Source: a candidate division FCPU426 bacterium (GTDB taxonomy: Bacteria > Oederibacteriota > Muellerivitia > Muellerivitales > Muellerivitaceae). Taken from it: a stretch of DNA of 64,000 nucleotides. Shown here in pieces: positions 1 through 13,493 of the stretch. Both the position numbers and the translations under genes were made by a program. Location: the NCBI GenBank assembly GCA_963719085.1, contig CAVRAL010000005.1:1-64000 (forward strand). Direction: 5' to 3'. Positions within the stretch are counted from its first letter, which is position 1. Every line of letters begins with the position of its first letter. The notes beneath the pieces were generated by a model. The model was not told the origin of the DNA. It searched no databases and was given only the letters and a program-made list of their open reading frames with translations.

Positions 1-2092
1 TCATCAAAAACAGCTGTTTTTTCACCAAATGATGGTCCCACCATGCCGTGTGTTGAACACCATTACTTGTTGTGATGGTATTTGGATTGATCAATGGATG
101 TTAGGAATTGGTGAGGTTTGGTATTTTTCATCAAAAACAGCTGTTTTTTCATCAAATGATGGTTTCACCATGCCGTGTGTTGAACACCATTACTTGTTGT
201 GATGGTATTTGGATTGATCAATGATGTTAGGAATTGGTGAGGTTTGGTATTTTTCATCAAAAACAGCTGTTTTTTCACCAAATGATGGTCCCACCATGCC
301 GTGTGTTGAACACCATTACTTGTTGTGATGGTATTTGGATTGATCAATGATGTTAGGAATTGGTGAGGTTTGGTATTTTTCATCAAAAACAGCTGTTTTT
401 TCACCAAATGATGGTCCCACCATGCCGTGTGTTGAACACCATTACTTGTTGTGATGGTATTTGGATTGATCAATGATGTTAGGAATTGGTGAGGTTTGGT
501 ATTTTTCATCAAAAACAGCTGTTTTTTCACCAAATGATGGTTCCACCATGCCGTGTGTTGAACACCATTACTTGTTGTGATGGTATTTGGATTGATCAAT
601 GATGTTAGGAATTGGTGAGGTTTGGTATTTTTCATCAAAAACAGCTGTTTTTTCACCAAATGATGGTTCCACCATGCCGTGTGTTGAACACCATTACTTG
701 TTGTGATGGTATTTGGATTGATCAATGATGTTAGGAATTGGTGAGGTTTGGTATTTTTCATCAAAAACAGCTGTTTTTTCACCAAATGATGGTTCCACCA
801 TGCCGTGTGTTGAACACCATTACTTGTTGTGATGGTATTTGGATTGATCAATGATGTTAGGAATTGGTGAGGTTTGGTATTTTTCATCAAAAACAGCTGT
901 TTTTTCACCAAATGATGGTCCCACCATGCCGTGTGTTGAACACCATTACTTGTTGTGATGGTATTTGGATTGATCAATGGATGTTAGGAATTGGTGAGGT
1001 TTGGTATTTTTCATCAAAAACAGCTGTTTTTTCACCAAATGATGGTCCCACCATGCCGTGTGTTGAACACCATTACTTGTTGTGATGGTATTTGGATTGA
1101 TCAATGATGTTAGGAATTGGTGAGGTTTGGTATTTTTCACCAAAAACAGCTGTTTTTTCACCAAATGATGGTTCCACCATGCCGTGTGTTGAACACCATT
1201 ACTTGTTGTGATGGTATTTGGATTGATCAATGATGTTAGGAATTGGTGAGGTTTGGTATTTTTCACCAAAAACAGCTGTTTTTTCACCAAATGATGGTCC
1301 CACCATGCCGTGTGTTGAACACCATTACTTGTTGTGATGGTATTTGGATTGATCAATGATGTTAGGAATTGGTGAGGTTTGGTATTTTTCATCAAAAACA
1401 GCTGTTTTTTCACCAAATGATGGTCCCACCATGCCGTGTGTTGAACACCATTACTTGTTGTGATGGTATTTGGATTGATCAATGATGTTAGGAATTGGTG
1501 AGGTTTGGTATTTTTCACCAAAAACAGCTGTTTTTTCACCAAATGATGGTTCCACCATGCCGTGTGATGAACACCATTACTTGTTGTGATGGTATTTGGA
1601 TTGATCAATGATGTTAGGAATTGGTGAGGTTTGGTATTTTTCATCAAAAACAGCTGTTTTTTCACCAAATGATGGTCCCACCATGCCGTGTGTTGAACAC
1701 CATTACTTGTTGTGATGGTATTTGGATTGATCAATGATGTTAGGAATTGGTGAGGTTTGGTATTTTTCATCAAAAACAGCTGTTTTTTCACCAAATGATG
1801 GTTCCACCATGCCGTGTGATGAACACCATTACTTGTTGTGATGGTATTTGGATTGATCAATGATGTTAGGAATTGGTGAGGTTTGGTATTTTTCATCAAA
1901 AACAGCTGTTTTTTCACCAAATGATGGTTCCACCATGCCGTGTGATGAACACCATTGCTTGTTGTGATGGTATTTGGATTGATCAATGATGTTAGGAATT
2001 GGTGAGGTTTGGTATTTTTCATCAAAAACAGTTGTTTTTTCACGAAATGATGGTTTCACCATGCTGTGTGATGAACAGCATTGCGTGTTGTG
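1..2092. repeat. 126-bp tandem repeat array (~16.5 near-identical copies, runs off the window start)
   Basis: The unit TCATCAAAAACAGCTG...GAGGTTTGGTATTTT recurs at 1, 128, 254 and onward. Two units carry an extra G (~96 and ~979) and the last unit is degenerate. The 42-aa periodic ORFs in the track reflect this period. Confidence 0.97.
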
Positions 2093-2476
2093 CGCCCCAT
2101 AAAACTCTTAAAAGTTTGTTCGTTTGTTTGTGTGTTTGTTTGTTAGTTTGTCCAAGCCAATCAGAAACGAGCTTTTTTATTTTAAGGTTTTTTGAAGTTT
2201 TGATCGAGCTTTATTATAGGTTATTGGGGTCCAGGAGTTCGAATCTGTGATCAGTTTTTCAAAAAATTTTTTGCGATTGATTTTTTTACACAAAGGATAG
2301 GTTTTTTACGAAAAAAGTTTTTTTATATAAAGTTGGACCAAAGGTAATCGGGGTCGAAGAGTTCAAATCGGAGATAAGTATTTTGAAATTGTATCAGTAA
2401 ATAGTTTGCTCATAGTTCAGAAATAGAATTTCTACGAGAAAGAGCTAAGCGAGTCCGCAGACGAGCGTTACTTGTT
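2093..2476 (+). mobile_element. Possible Helitron/Helentron-like non-autonomous element end abutting the tandem array
   Basis: GTTT-type microsatellite at ~2115-2150, then a GC-richer terminal segment (GCGAGTCCGCAGACGAGCG) ending in CTTGT followed by a T-run. The resemblance to HINE/DINE-1-type ends is inference. Confidence 0.35.
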
Positions 2477-2661
2477 TAATTAAATAAGTTTTTTTCTTTA
2501 TTTTAGATCGATTGGACCATGGAAGTCGAACAGTAAGTATTTTTTTCAATTAATAATTTTTTTTCTTTTTCTAGATTCATCTCAACAAAGAAAGGAAAGG
2601 TAAGTATTATAAAGTAGGCAGCTGATGAGTGAACCATTCATGCTGCAGGTAATATTTGATT

Positions 2662-2934
2662 TACCGGGAGAAATCTAGCAGGATCCCATCGGATCCAGTA
2701 CTTTCCGACAGTTTCCGACTGTCGGAAATCGTCGGAAATCGCCGGATCCGACTGTCGGAAACCATCGGATCCAGCATCCGACAACTTCCTATTGGAATCC
2801 TGTACCAAGGAATCCAACAACTTCCGACAGGATCCTATCGGAAGTTGTCGGATTCCTGTCGGAAGTTGTCGGATTGTTTGGGTTTTCCTGTAGGATCCGA
2901 TGGGATCCGACAGTCGGATTGCTCGTCCTGGGTA
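2662..2934. mobile_element. MITE-like element built of TCCGA/TCGGA sub-repeats
   Basis: GC-richer island with many TCCGAC/GTCGGA/GGATCC motifs in both orientations. It ends CCTGGGTA, like the elements ending at ~34332 and ~34860. Confidence 0.6.
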
Positions 2935-3244
2935 TTTTTAAGTCGAAGAGATATTACAGTATGATGAAGGAATATGTATCACAAAGCAAATATGATACAT
3001 AAGATTCCAAAAAACAAAAAGGCATAGATAAGAGCAAACGTGAGCGATACCTATTGCTTCATTATAACTCACTTTTGTTTTTCTCTCAGTCGCTCTTACC
3101 TTTTATTGATGCTGTAGGCTACAAAATTATTTGAGATAAACAAGAAAGTGCAGTTTTTTCTAGGATATGAATGCTCATCAGCAGTAACACCAAGGTGTAG
3201 TCACTGTTTTAACTCACTATGTGTTGCATATATTGTAGATAAAG

Positions 3245-4097
3245 ATGAGTACAAAATTACGTGAATTGATCGCTAGAACTCATGAAGAATTTGGCACGTG
3301 CTTAACAGCCGAACGATTAAAAGAAGATTTTCAAAAATTAGGCATCTCAGCTGGTATGACATTAATGGTGCATTGTTCATTATCAAAAATTGGTTGGATT
3401 TGTGGCGGACCTGTAACTGTCATACAAGTGCTATTAGATTTGTTAGGTCCTGATGGAACTCTTATTATGCCATCTCATACGGCAGAAAATACAGATCCTA
3501 GACATTGGCAAAATCCACCAGTGCCATCCGAATGGTTTGATATTATTCGTCAATCGATGCCAGGTTTTCAACCTGATATAACACCAACACGTAATATGGG
3601 AAAAGTAGCTGAAACATTTCGCCATTGGCCAGGAGTTCTACGAAGTCAACATCCACAATATTCAGTGATTGCTATTGGTCCAAAAGCAAAACTGATCACT
3701 GATAAACACGATGATGCATGTGGTGAACAATCTCCATTAGCTCGGTTGTATGATTGTACTGATAACGGCTATGTTTTGTTATTAGGAGTACAACATGAAA
3801 ATAATACATCATTACATTTAGGAGAATATCGTTTTCAAGTCAATAACAATATTGAAAAGAGTTTCAATGAAGGTACAGCAATAATCAATCCAGAAACAAA
3901 AATACGCCAGTGGTTAGAATGGAACGATTATCATTATGACGCTGATGATTTTAATGATGCTGGAAATGTATTTGAATCAATTGAAGGAAACGTCAAAAAT
4001 AGGAAAAGTTGGTCTGGCTGAATGTAGATTCATGAAACAATATTTATTGGTTGACTTTGCTACTGACTGGTTTACTAAAAACAGACTAAAACAATAA
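3245..4097 (+). CDS. Aminoglycoside N(3)-acetyltransferase family protein (AAC(3)/YokD-like), intronless, with one frameshift near 3995-3999
   Basis: Family motifs VHCSLSKIGWICGG, GTLIMPSHT, MGKVAETFR, RSQHPQYS and NTSLHLGE. Removing one A from the A-run gives the expected C-terminus VKIGKVGLAECRFMKQYLLVDFATDWF..., with a stop at 4095-4097. Confidence 0.9.
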
Positions 4098-4351
4098 ATC
4101 AGATACTGTGAAAATTTTTGACCAGTATTGCGATTTTCACTTTTGATTCGTTAATAAAAAATAGAACATCTCTTCTTTCAGTATATGTAGGTAGAATATT
4201 GTTCTCCCATTTCATTTTCTTTATTCTCATACACAGATTGTTTTTTTTTATTTCACAAGAGAGTGAAAAAAGAAAAGACCGTCATTTACTGTTGGTTTAC
4301 TAGTAGAAGTAGAGAAAGAAAGAATAAACGAAGAGAAGATAATTTACATGA

Positions 4352-7300
4352 TTATTTAGGACAAAAAAGAGGTGAAGAAGTTGTGGCTGTTGTACGTTTT
4401 GGATAAGATTTTAAATATTCATCTTCACTTAATTGTAAAACATCAGGACGATCACGTACTTGATAAGTTAAACATCGACGAATGAATAATTTTGCTTCAT
4501 TGGATACTTGAGGTCGATTAGGAAATTGAATTTCTTTGGCATTTAAAATTGTTTGATTTTCTAATATAGCTGCTTGAGATAAATTATGACCATAAGGTTT
4601 TCGTCCATATAAACATTGATAAAAAATACCTAAAAAACAAAACAATCATTGAAACAAATAAAATAAACTTACAACCTACACTCCAAACATCAACTTTAGA
4701 AGAAATTTTTGGAGGATTTGGTCCTTGAACAAATACTTCCGGTGGTAAATACCAATAAGTACCCGCACCTAGAAAAAATTAATTAATTAATTATCCTTAT
4801 TTTATTTACCTTGAGATGTAAATCCATTCCATCTTCAGATCAAATGTATCTTCACGCATTTGTTTACGATAAACCAAAATCAGTTATTTTTATTTCTCCA
4901 CTATTATTTCCTGTTCCCAAAAGAACATTACCTGGTTTTAAATCATAATGAATCTAAATAAATAAAATGTTATTTTATTTTTATTAATAATTAAAAAACA
5001 GACCACAGGTGGTTTAATTTCTGAATTAAGATATTTAATGCATTAACTGTTTGCATAACAACTGAACGTGCTTCTTTTTCAGGAATAATTTTATTTTGTT
5101 TAAGAAAAAAATCTAAATCATTTCCTTCAAAATATTCCAAAACTGTACAAAATGAATTTGTATCAATTTCAAATACATCAAATAATTTTACAATATCTAA
5201 ATTCAAATACATCAAATAGTCGAACAATTCGAGGATATCAAGTTTTAAGAAAATACTTACGTTTATGTTCGAAATGTTTATGTATATTATATTCTCTAAG
5301 AGCATGTTTAATATAATTTGCTTTTTTTTCTTCTTTCCATTCTTTATTTAGTTGATGAATTTTAACAGCAACATAACGTTGTTCATGTAAATCAAATGCA
5401 CGATGAACTTCACTAAAACCACCTTTACCAATAAGAGTTAAAATAAATAACGTTCATTAAGAATATTATTTTTATTAAATCTTGAATGATCTTCATTATA
5501 TAAACGTTTTAATTCTCGAATATGAATATTTCTTTCACGATCAAGTTTTTCTAAATCTTGAGCTAAATCATATTCTTCACGTTTAAGTGTTAATTGTCGA
5601 AGACGAAGAACTTCATCATATTCATACCAATCTTTTAATGTCATTATAGATGATGAAGAATTTGAAATAAAGATGATGATGATGATGATGAATTACCACT
5701 ATCATTCGGAGCATTATTATCAAGAGAAAATAAATAATGACCATCATTTGAATTATCAGAACATGCTTGAATTTGTTGATGTCCAATAAATGATGATGAA
5801 CCCACTAAAGGATTATTATTGAATGTTATAACGGCTGATGAAGATGAAATAGGTTGATTTTTTTGTTGACTAAATGATAAAAAATGACTTGTTAGTAAAG
5901 CTAATAAAATCATGACACTATGTTCTCTAAAAAGTAGAAGTAGGAAGTCATGATCATTAATTCTATTTTCCTCAATCATGTATACATTCAATATGAATAG
6001 TATTGAAATAGTTTATAGTTTTTCTATGAACTAAAAGCGAAGAATATTTACCTAGTAAATGTTTTGATAGTTGAATTTTTATTTATTCGTTTAGATTTAG
6101 TTGGTGGGAATAATGGATTATTAAAATCTTGAGAATTAAAATTACTATTTTGAGTAATTGTTTCATCGTTATTGTTGTTGTCATATTATTTGTTGTTGTA
6201 ATAATGTTTTCTTTTTTGTTAAAATTTTTCGTTCTTTATCAAGATTTTCTTTTGTTCGAGTTAATTGTTCTTGTGCACGTTGTTTATCCGAAAAATCATA
6301 TCCATCAATCCATTGTTCAACAAATGATGTACCTTGTCGTTGTGTAACAAATTGACCAAGACGTAAACGATTTTCCATAGCTTTTTCTCGTAGCTTGTTT
6401 TTTTTCAAGTTGAGATTTTTCAATAAGTAATGAACGTGTCATAATTAAACAACGTTTTATTGTTTCAACAGTTGATTCATATTGACGTTGAATATCTAAT
6501 TTCGTACGACGTAATTCATTAATTTAGCTGTTAATTGTTCTTGTTCAATATCAAGATGATGACTAGATGTAAACATTGAGAATGAAGGATCCGTTTGAAT
6601 TAATTTACTATTATTAAGAAACATCACAACTGAACCGTTGGACGGCATTATTTTTGGAAAGAACATGGTCAGATAGGAGTTGATCGTTTTGCAGGAATTG
6701 AAGGTGTAATAAATGAAGAGGAATCATTTATTGGTTGTTTACGTTTACGAGGTGTAGATATATGAGTTGTATTTATTGAATTTGACATTGATGATGAATA
6801 AGGTGGAGTATTTTGTGTATGGAATGGTGTTATAAGATATGGTTGAAATGGAATTGGAGATGAGGATGATATTTGTTTCGGAGATGATGAACACGATGAT
6901 GATGATACTCCAGTTACAGCAACATTTGATGATCTCAAATGATTATCTCTTTAAAAGAAACATAATTAATAAATATTCTTTTTTTTTGATTTTTTATTAA
7001 ATAAAAATTCAAGTTTTAAAAATTAGTTTGATGTTTATAACTATTCTCAAGTATCAAGAATAATAAAAATTTACATAAACATTTTACTCTTGAAGATGAT
7101 TGAAAAATGAATTTTAAAGCAATAAATCGGATCGAAATTTAATGTTATTGCGTGGATTCTTTTCTATTCTGCTTTCCTATTAAAAAATAACGATGACTCA
7201 AACTGATACATAAAAATGTCCTCAGAATACACTTTTTGCTTTATCATATGTCTATATGTGTCATGATGAAAGCTAAAAAAAAGAGGATTATAGTATATAA

Positions 7301-7483
7301 TACATACGGTGAATAAGGAGTAATTGCTTGATCTTTTTGTTGAAAATATGTCAGAAGAGTTGGTGTTGATGGTGGATGAAATATCTGACAATCGTCTTGA
7401 TTTTTATTGTAGATGCCAGTCAAATTAGAAGTTGATCTTACTGGCCAGTGAACAAATGAATAATGAGACTCTGGATTAGTCAT
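4352..7483 (-). CDS. TLK: Tousled-like serine/threonine kinase (multi-exon; 5' end approximate)
   Basis: Exons encode [69 protein letters not shown] and [12 protein letters not shown], separated by short GT-AG introns. Several single-base indels are present. Confidence 0.9.
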
Positions 7484-8278
7484 ACCAACGACAACAAACT
7501 AAAAAAATATATATATATACATCACAAGGCTATCATCATCATCAACAACAACATCATTATTATTATCAATAAAAAAAAACGGGAATAGTATGCGCGTAAG
7601 AGAAGATCATATGGAGGAGAGAAGAAAAAAAAGAAAGAAAAAATGTAGAATCATATGATGGATGTATGTGTGTTTATCGTGACAAGGCAGAACACAACGA
7701 GAAATAGGAGAGAACGTGAGGGAGGGAAACAATCATCACATCAACACAAGAGCAGCAGCATGCAAACCGGTCTAAAAACACATACACAGAGAAAAAAACG
7801 ACGACGCTGTCGATAAGCACAACTGCTGTTGTGATGTAGAGAGAAAGTGGATGAATGACGAACGACGGGCATCAAAAGACAGACTCATCGAATAAGAAAC
7901 TGTTGGAAAACAAATCTAGTTATAGAATATATACCTTTGATTATTGTGATCGTCATGACCGTGGCTTCTTTCCAGTTTGCTGAGAATAGTCCAAGTAACG
8001 CACGACGATGAAATGCAAATAGAATGTATTTCTAATCGTCGCATTACCCAGCAAACGAAATGCCAAAAAGCAACAACACGTATGTATCAATGTATGCTAT
8101 CTAGAAAATATGTGTAACTATTAACAGATATTAATAAAAAACAATTTCCATATAAAAAAAAACAAATTCTTCTTTTTTTTTGATCTACATATATTTAAAA
8201 GGACGTCTGCGTTTTGTCTTTGTACACATCTGTTCAGTTAAAAGTAATAAAAAATAAATATCACAAAAAAAACACAAA

Positions 8279-11200
8279 CTAATCAATCACCGGACAAGAA
8301 AAAACCGTTGTGGTAAGTGCATTCGCATAAATAACATCCGAATTTTGTAATATTAATGTTTCAGTTTGAGATGAATAAAGAATTTTTTCAATATTCATTT
8401 CATTTTCATCTTTATTAATATCATTCAAAAATGGAATTAGAAATTGTCTTGTAGATATCTTTGTTTGATTAAGTGTATCATATATAAAAAGAGAATTTAA
8501 TTGAGTATAAAATAAATAATTTGTACGATGTATCGTAAAATAATTTGATGTTATCTCATTTAATTCATAAAGAAGTTGTAAACTTGAATATGTCCAAATA
8601 CATAAACGTTTATCTGTACCAAGACTTATTATATTTGATGAGTGACCACAAAAATTTATATCAGTTATTATTGAGGATGGATGAGCATTAATATTTGTTT
8701 GACTCAAACTATCACCATTCCATACACATAATGTTCCATTAAAACAACCACTTACCAATGTTGTTGGATGATACTAAAAATTTATTCAAATAAATATGAC
8801 AGACAATGTAATACAGATATTAACGAGGAGATTTGGGATATTTTACTTTCAAAAACTAAGATGAACTCAACGTTTAAAAAGGTTTTAAGGTCAAAACTAT
8901 TCTAATCTTAATCCAAAGGAAATGAACAAATTATGTGTTAACCGTTTCAGGTTTACCGTACTTTATATAATACGATTTTTTCAAGTCCGGTAATCTTTGA
9001 ATAACTCATGAATGCAAAAAGATATAAAGTACGATGGGCCTGAAAGAGTTAATAATGATTTATAGGACATAAAAAAACTAATATTGCTATTCAGCCCTGA
9101 CTCTTTCTCATGAAAAATCTAAAACATCGTTTTAATTTGTTTTGTTTTTAACTTACTGGATCAATAGCAAGACAATTGACAGGAGACTGATGTTTATGTA
9201 AAGTATGTAAACAAGATCCATTTGAAACACTAGTTACTTTAATTGAATGATCATCACTACCTGTAAATATCAATGATGAATTTAAATCAATTTGACAAAC
9301 ACGTATTGGCCATTGATGTAATCGTTTAACATACATTTCTTTAATTAACCCATTTATATATTCAAATGCAATTAAATATCCACGTCGTGTTGTACTTATA
9401 ATTAATGTTGACGAAGCTCGTATAAGATGTGTTATACCACCAAGTTCATTATGATATAATATAAAATTTTTTGACATAGAATTATTTGGATAAAGTTCAA
9501 TTTGCCCATCTGAACAACCAAATAAACATCGATGTTCATCAATCATTAATGAACACCAAACATGATTAATAACTTTTTCCGATGATGTTATTGAATATCT
9601 TTGTTGTGTTAAAATAATTCCACCTGTTTGAGGATTCCACATACAAATTGAACCATCAGAATAAGCTGCACTAACAACTGTACCACTTTCATGTACACAC
9701 ATCGATTCAATTAATAATGTTGATGATGGAGGAATTAATATTGTTGGAACAATTGAATAATCACTTTTTATATAAGATAATGAACGATTATGAATTAAAT
9801 TTAATGAAAATGATGTTGATAAAAAACAAAAATAAACAATACTAAATAATGTTAAACCAAATAAAACAATAAATAATAAGTTCCCAAAGTGCTGTGGAAA
9901 ATCGTACATCAATTAATGAACTACTTGTACTTGTTATTGTTGCATCAAGTAAAGGTCGATGTGATGTCTATAAATATATAAATTAATAAAGTAATAATTT
10001 ATCAAATATTTATTATAATAATAATCTTTTGTTGTTTGATCTAATTGTTGATTTTCAGATGAAATAATTGGTAAATAAATCGATGGCATTATAGTTAAAT
10101 ATCGATTATCATATGAAATATTATAAAAAGAAAATAATGTTGGCCAATGATCATATGATAAAAGTGTTTGCCATTCATAATTTGGTAAAGATATATTATT
10201 TATAAATTGATCTTCCATAATATTATGTGAATCATATGGATGATGATGAACCAAAATGTTCATTAAGCATTTTTTCTGGAACAAAATCTTTGATTTGTTC
10301 TCGATTGATTTGTACTAAACATATAAAAGAAAATATTAGTTATTTAATAAAAATAATATCAATTCTCTTACCATTTTTATGAAGTAAATCAACAATTAAA
10401 CATGATTTATAAAAAATCAAAATAACCCAAACAAGAACAAGAAACATACTTCCTCTTTGTAAAACTCTATATCGTGCCCATTGAGATTGTTGTTGTTGTT
10501 GTCGTTTATTTATTAAATATGGCATTTTCATTGGTAATGATACTTTGATTTCATTTTTTTCTTGTTCTAAATTTCTATTTTTCTTTTTTCCAACACCAAC
10601 TGTAAATCGTCGAATATCAATACTTAAAACTGCTAACCAAAAATTAATTTGCATAAAAAAATCAATTAAAATTCCAATTAATGCTAATTGACAAAATTCT
10701 CGTACTGTTGGAACATATGTTATATAACCAATCATAACAATAATTAATTCATAAACTAAATGTTTAGATATTGTCCAAGATTCAGCACGAAGTGCATGTG
10801 CAACACGTTCACGTATATCATCATATTGTTTTTGAGCTTGAGATGATGTTACTGCACGTGTTAAAACAACTAAATTTTCTAAACCAATAAATATAACTAA
10901 ATATGGAAAGACTTCACCACCATCAAGACGTAATGTCATATGAAATAATGAAGATAATGCTAATGATATTAATAAAGAAACAACAATTTGAACAGTGGCT
11001 GCTAATGCAAGACCCCATTTCGATTTTACACATTCAAATTGACCTAAAATTCAAAAGAATAGATTGAAAATTAGAAACTAGAGATATCTTTATATCTGGT
11101 ATTAAGATATTTAGTTCAAGAAATTTTTAATCAGCTAAAGAGTTTCCGACTTATTGCCAGATACAAAAGAAACGATGATAAAATCATCGATTTCTCTCGA

Positions 11201-12404
11201 GATTATTTTAACAGGAAATATCTTCATATGACCTTGGCTTAAAACACAGCTAAAATATACTATCATGCGACCGTAAAAAAGAAACCTCCGTCATCTCTTT
11301 CTTGACAGGAAATTCAATAGTCAAAGCCCTGGACGGTGCGAGCAGGAGGTTGGAGAGAGCACCCCCGTGCTTTGAAAAATTCGTTAGATTGAATACTTAC
11401 AAACTGAATAATAAATATAAAGAAAAACAACAATATAAATAAGTACAAGTGGTAAATAATAAAGAAAAGATTTTCTTGAAAAATAAATATGTATAATATC
11501 ATCTTGTTGTTGTTCATCTAAAGCAAATAATCGTTTTTTTAAATCTTGTCTATATTCATTTGATGCATTATTTAATATAAGTGTTATTGCATATGTTAAA
11601 GATTTTTTTGATGAAAAATATTCTTGTGGAATACCAAATATAATATCTGCATAACGTTTTGATAATGATGGAATTGTTTCAAGAATTTCACGTTCATTGA
11701 ATTATTATATTTGATACATCATTTGACCAAAGATTTAATGGTGAAAGAAAAAGACAACCAAATGATGGTAAATATGATAACATTTGTTGAGCATTTATTG
11801 CTTCACTAACTCTTAAACAATTTGTATCAAATTGTGAATCAGAAAAAAGACGATCACGAATATCACGTGCACGTAAAAGACATGATGAACGAGATGTTAA
11901 TGATGAACATCGTATAACAATATGTTGAACATAAGCAAGTGGATAACCAGAATACTTTAAATAAATAAATAAATTTCTATTCGATCTGAAAATATTTATG
12001 ATTAAAATTTACCCATAATGGTTTATCTGGTTGTTTATCATGTAATTGATCACTTGTATTTAATTCTAATCTTGCGCGTACAGGTCGAAATGATCTTGAT
12101 GATTCTGCAAAAATTTCTAATGTACTACCAGGTGGTGGAACATTTGTTGTTATTTGAAATCTATATTAAATAAATAAATTCTTTATAACAAAAAAATATT
12201 TTTTTTATTTCTTACAAACTAAGTAGAAAAATACCAAAACAGACTAGAATTATATAAAGTGAATGATCTGCAACAAAAAATCCATATGCATATGATAAAT
12301 TAAGTACTCGATTCTAATAAATAAATAATAAATTAAATAAAATCAAAGAAAAAAAAAAGATTTACTTTAAGATGAATATGAAGTTGTATCAATGCACGAT
12401 ACAT
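8279..12404 (-). CDS. SCAP: SREBP cleavage-activating protein (sterol-sensing domain plus WD40 repeats), multi-exon; start approximate
   Basis: Sterol-sensing domain with EVFPYLVIFIGLENLVVLTRAV, YELI and VREFCQLALIGILIDFFMQ, plus the HWPTLFSFYNIS motif and C-terminal WD40 repeats (FTGSDDHSIKV). Confidence 0.88.
8942..9048. mobile_element. piggyBac-like MITE in a SCAP intron
   Basis: TTAA on both sides (8938-8941 and 9049-9052) and imperfect ~27-bp terminal inverted repeats (CCGTTTCAGG...CGTACTTTATAT / ATATAAAGTACG...CCTGAAAGAG). Confidence 0.7.
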
Positions 12405-12729
12405 TTCATATCTAACATAATCAAGAGAAAATATAATTCAACTAACACACATACACCAATTAATAAATTAGTATAATTATTCAATTAAAATTATAGAATA
12501 TATCGTGAGTACATTAAATAGAAAAGAAAACAACAAAAAATAGAACAATGAATCAAAATGATTGACAAATAATTCTATTGGTTAATATGAACTACCAATG
12601 TAAGTTTATTTAATAAACCCTCAGATAGAATTCTATACGTGGCTGAAGAATAGTCATCTTTTATCATCAAATAAATATTTTTATTTCAATTCAAGATTCT
12701 ACTAAATCTTTTTTTTCCGTGAAATCATC

Positions 12730-13350
12730 ATGACAAGCGGCGGTGCACCTACTACTGGAGGAGCTTCAGGTCCGATGCTTTTCGGTGGAAAAAGTAAATT
12801 ATTAGCAGTTATTGGTGATGAAGTGAGTTATTAAATATTCTATTTTGTCTATCTTATTATTATTTTTTTAAAGGATACAGTAACTGGTTTTTTACTTGGT
12901 GGTATCGGTGAATTAAATGCTAAAACTCGAAAACCAAATTTTTTAATTGTTGATAAAAGTTTGTTTTAAAAAACTAAATATTTTTATATTAATCTTTATT
13001 TAATTAATAGATACAAAAATATCGGATATTGATGAAACATTTAAAAGTTTTCTTGCTCGTGATGATATTGGAATTATTCTTATTAGTCAATATGTAAGAT
13101 TAATTATTCTTATTTATTAAATTTAATTTTTATCTTTGCAAAAGATCGCTGAAATGATTCGTGGAACAGTTGATGGTCATGATAAATCTGTTCCTGCAAT
13201 ATTAGAAATTCCAAGTAAAGAACATCCATATGATGCTAGTAAAGATTCGATTTTACGACGAGCACGTGTAAGTTTATTCAAATAAACTGATTTTCTAATC
13301 AATTGTTTTGTCTTCTTTAGGGAATGTTCAGTGCAGACGATTTCAAATAA
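12730..13350 (+). CDS. ATP6V1F: V-type proton ATPase subunit F (5 exons)
   Basis: The spliced translation gives [22 protein letters not shown]...[21 protein letters not shown]...[34 protein letters not shown]. Confidence 0.95.
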
Positions 13351-13493
13351 TAACGAAAAATTTTAATAATTCTTTTGCATTTATTTTGTGTTGTATTCCA
13401 TTTTTATTTATTTCGATAGTTCAACAATATATATTTGTCTATGAATATTCCAATTGATTAAAACTTATCCGAGATATTAGTTTTAGATTAAAT

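Noticed and set aside
165..2043. 270-aa and 365-aa repeat ORFs as real genes
   Set aside because: They follow from a stop-free unit whose length is a multiple of 3. They are broken by +G units and have no unique N- or C-terminal domain.
1..2092. CRISPR array
   Set aside because: The units are contiguous near-identical 126-mers with no unique spacers, and no cas genes are present.
2620..2650. Hammerhead ribozyme core (CTGATGA)
   Set aside because: No GAAA follows the putative stem II, and no closing stems were found.
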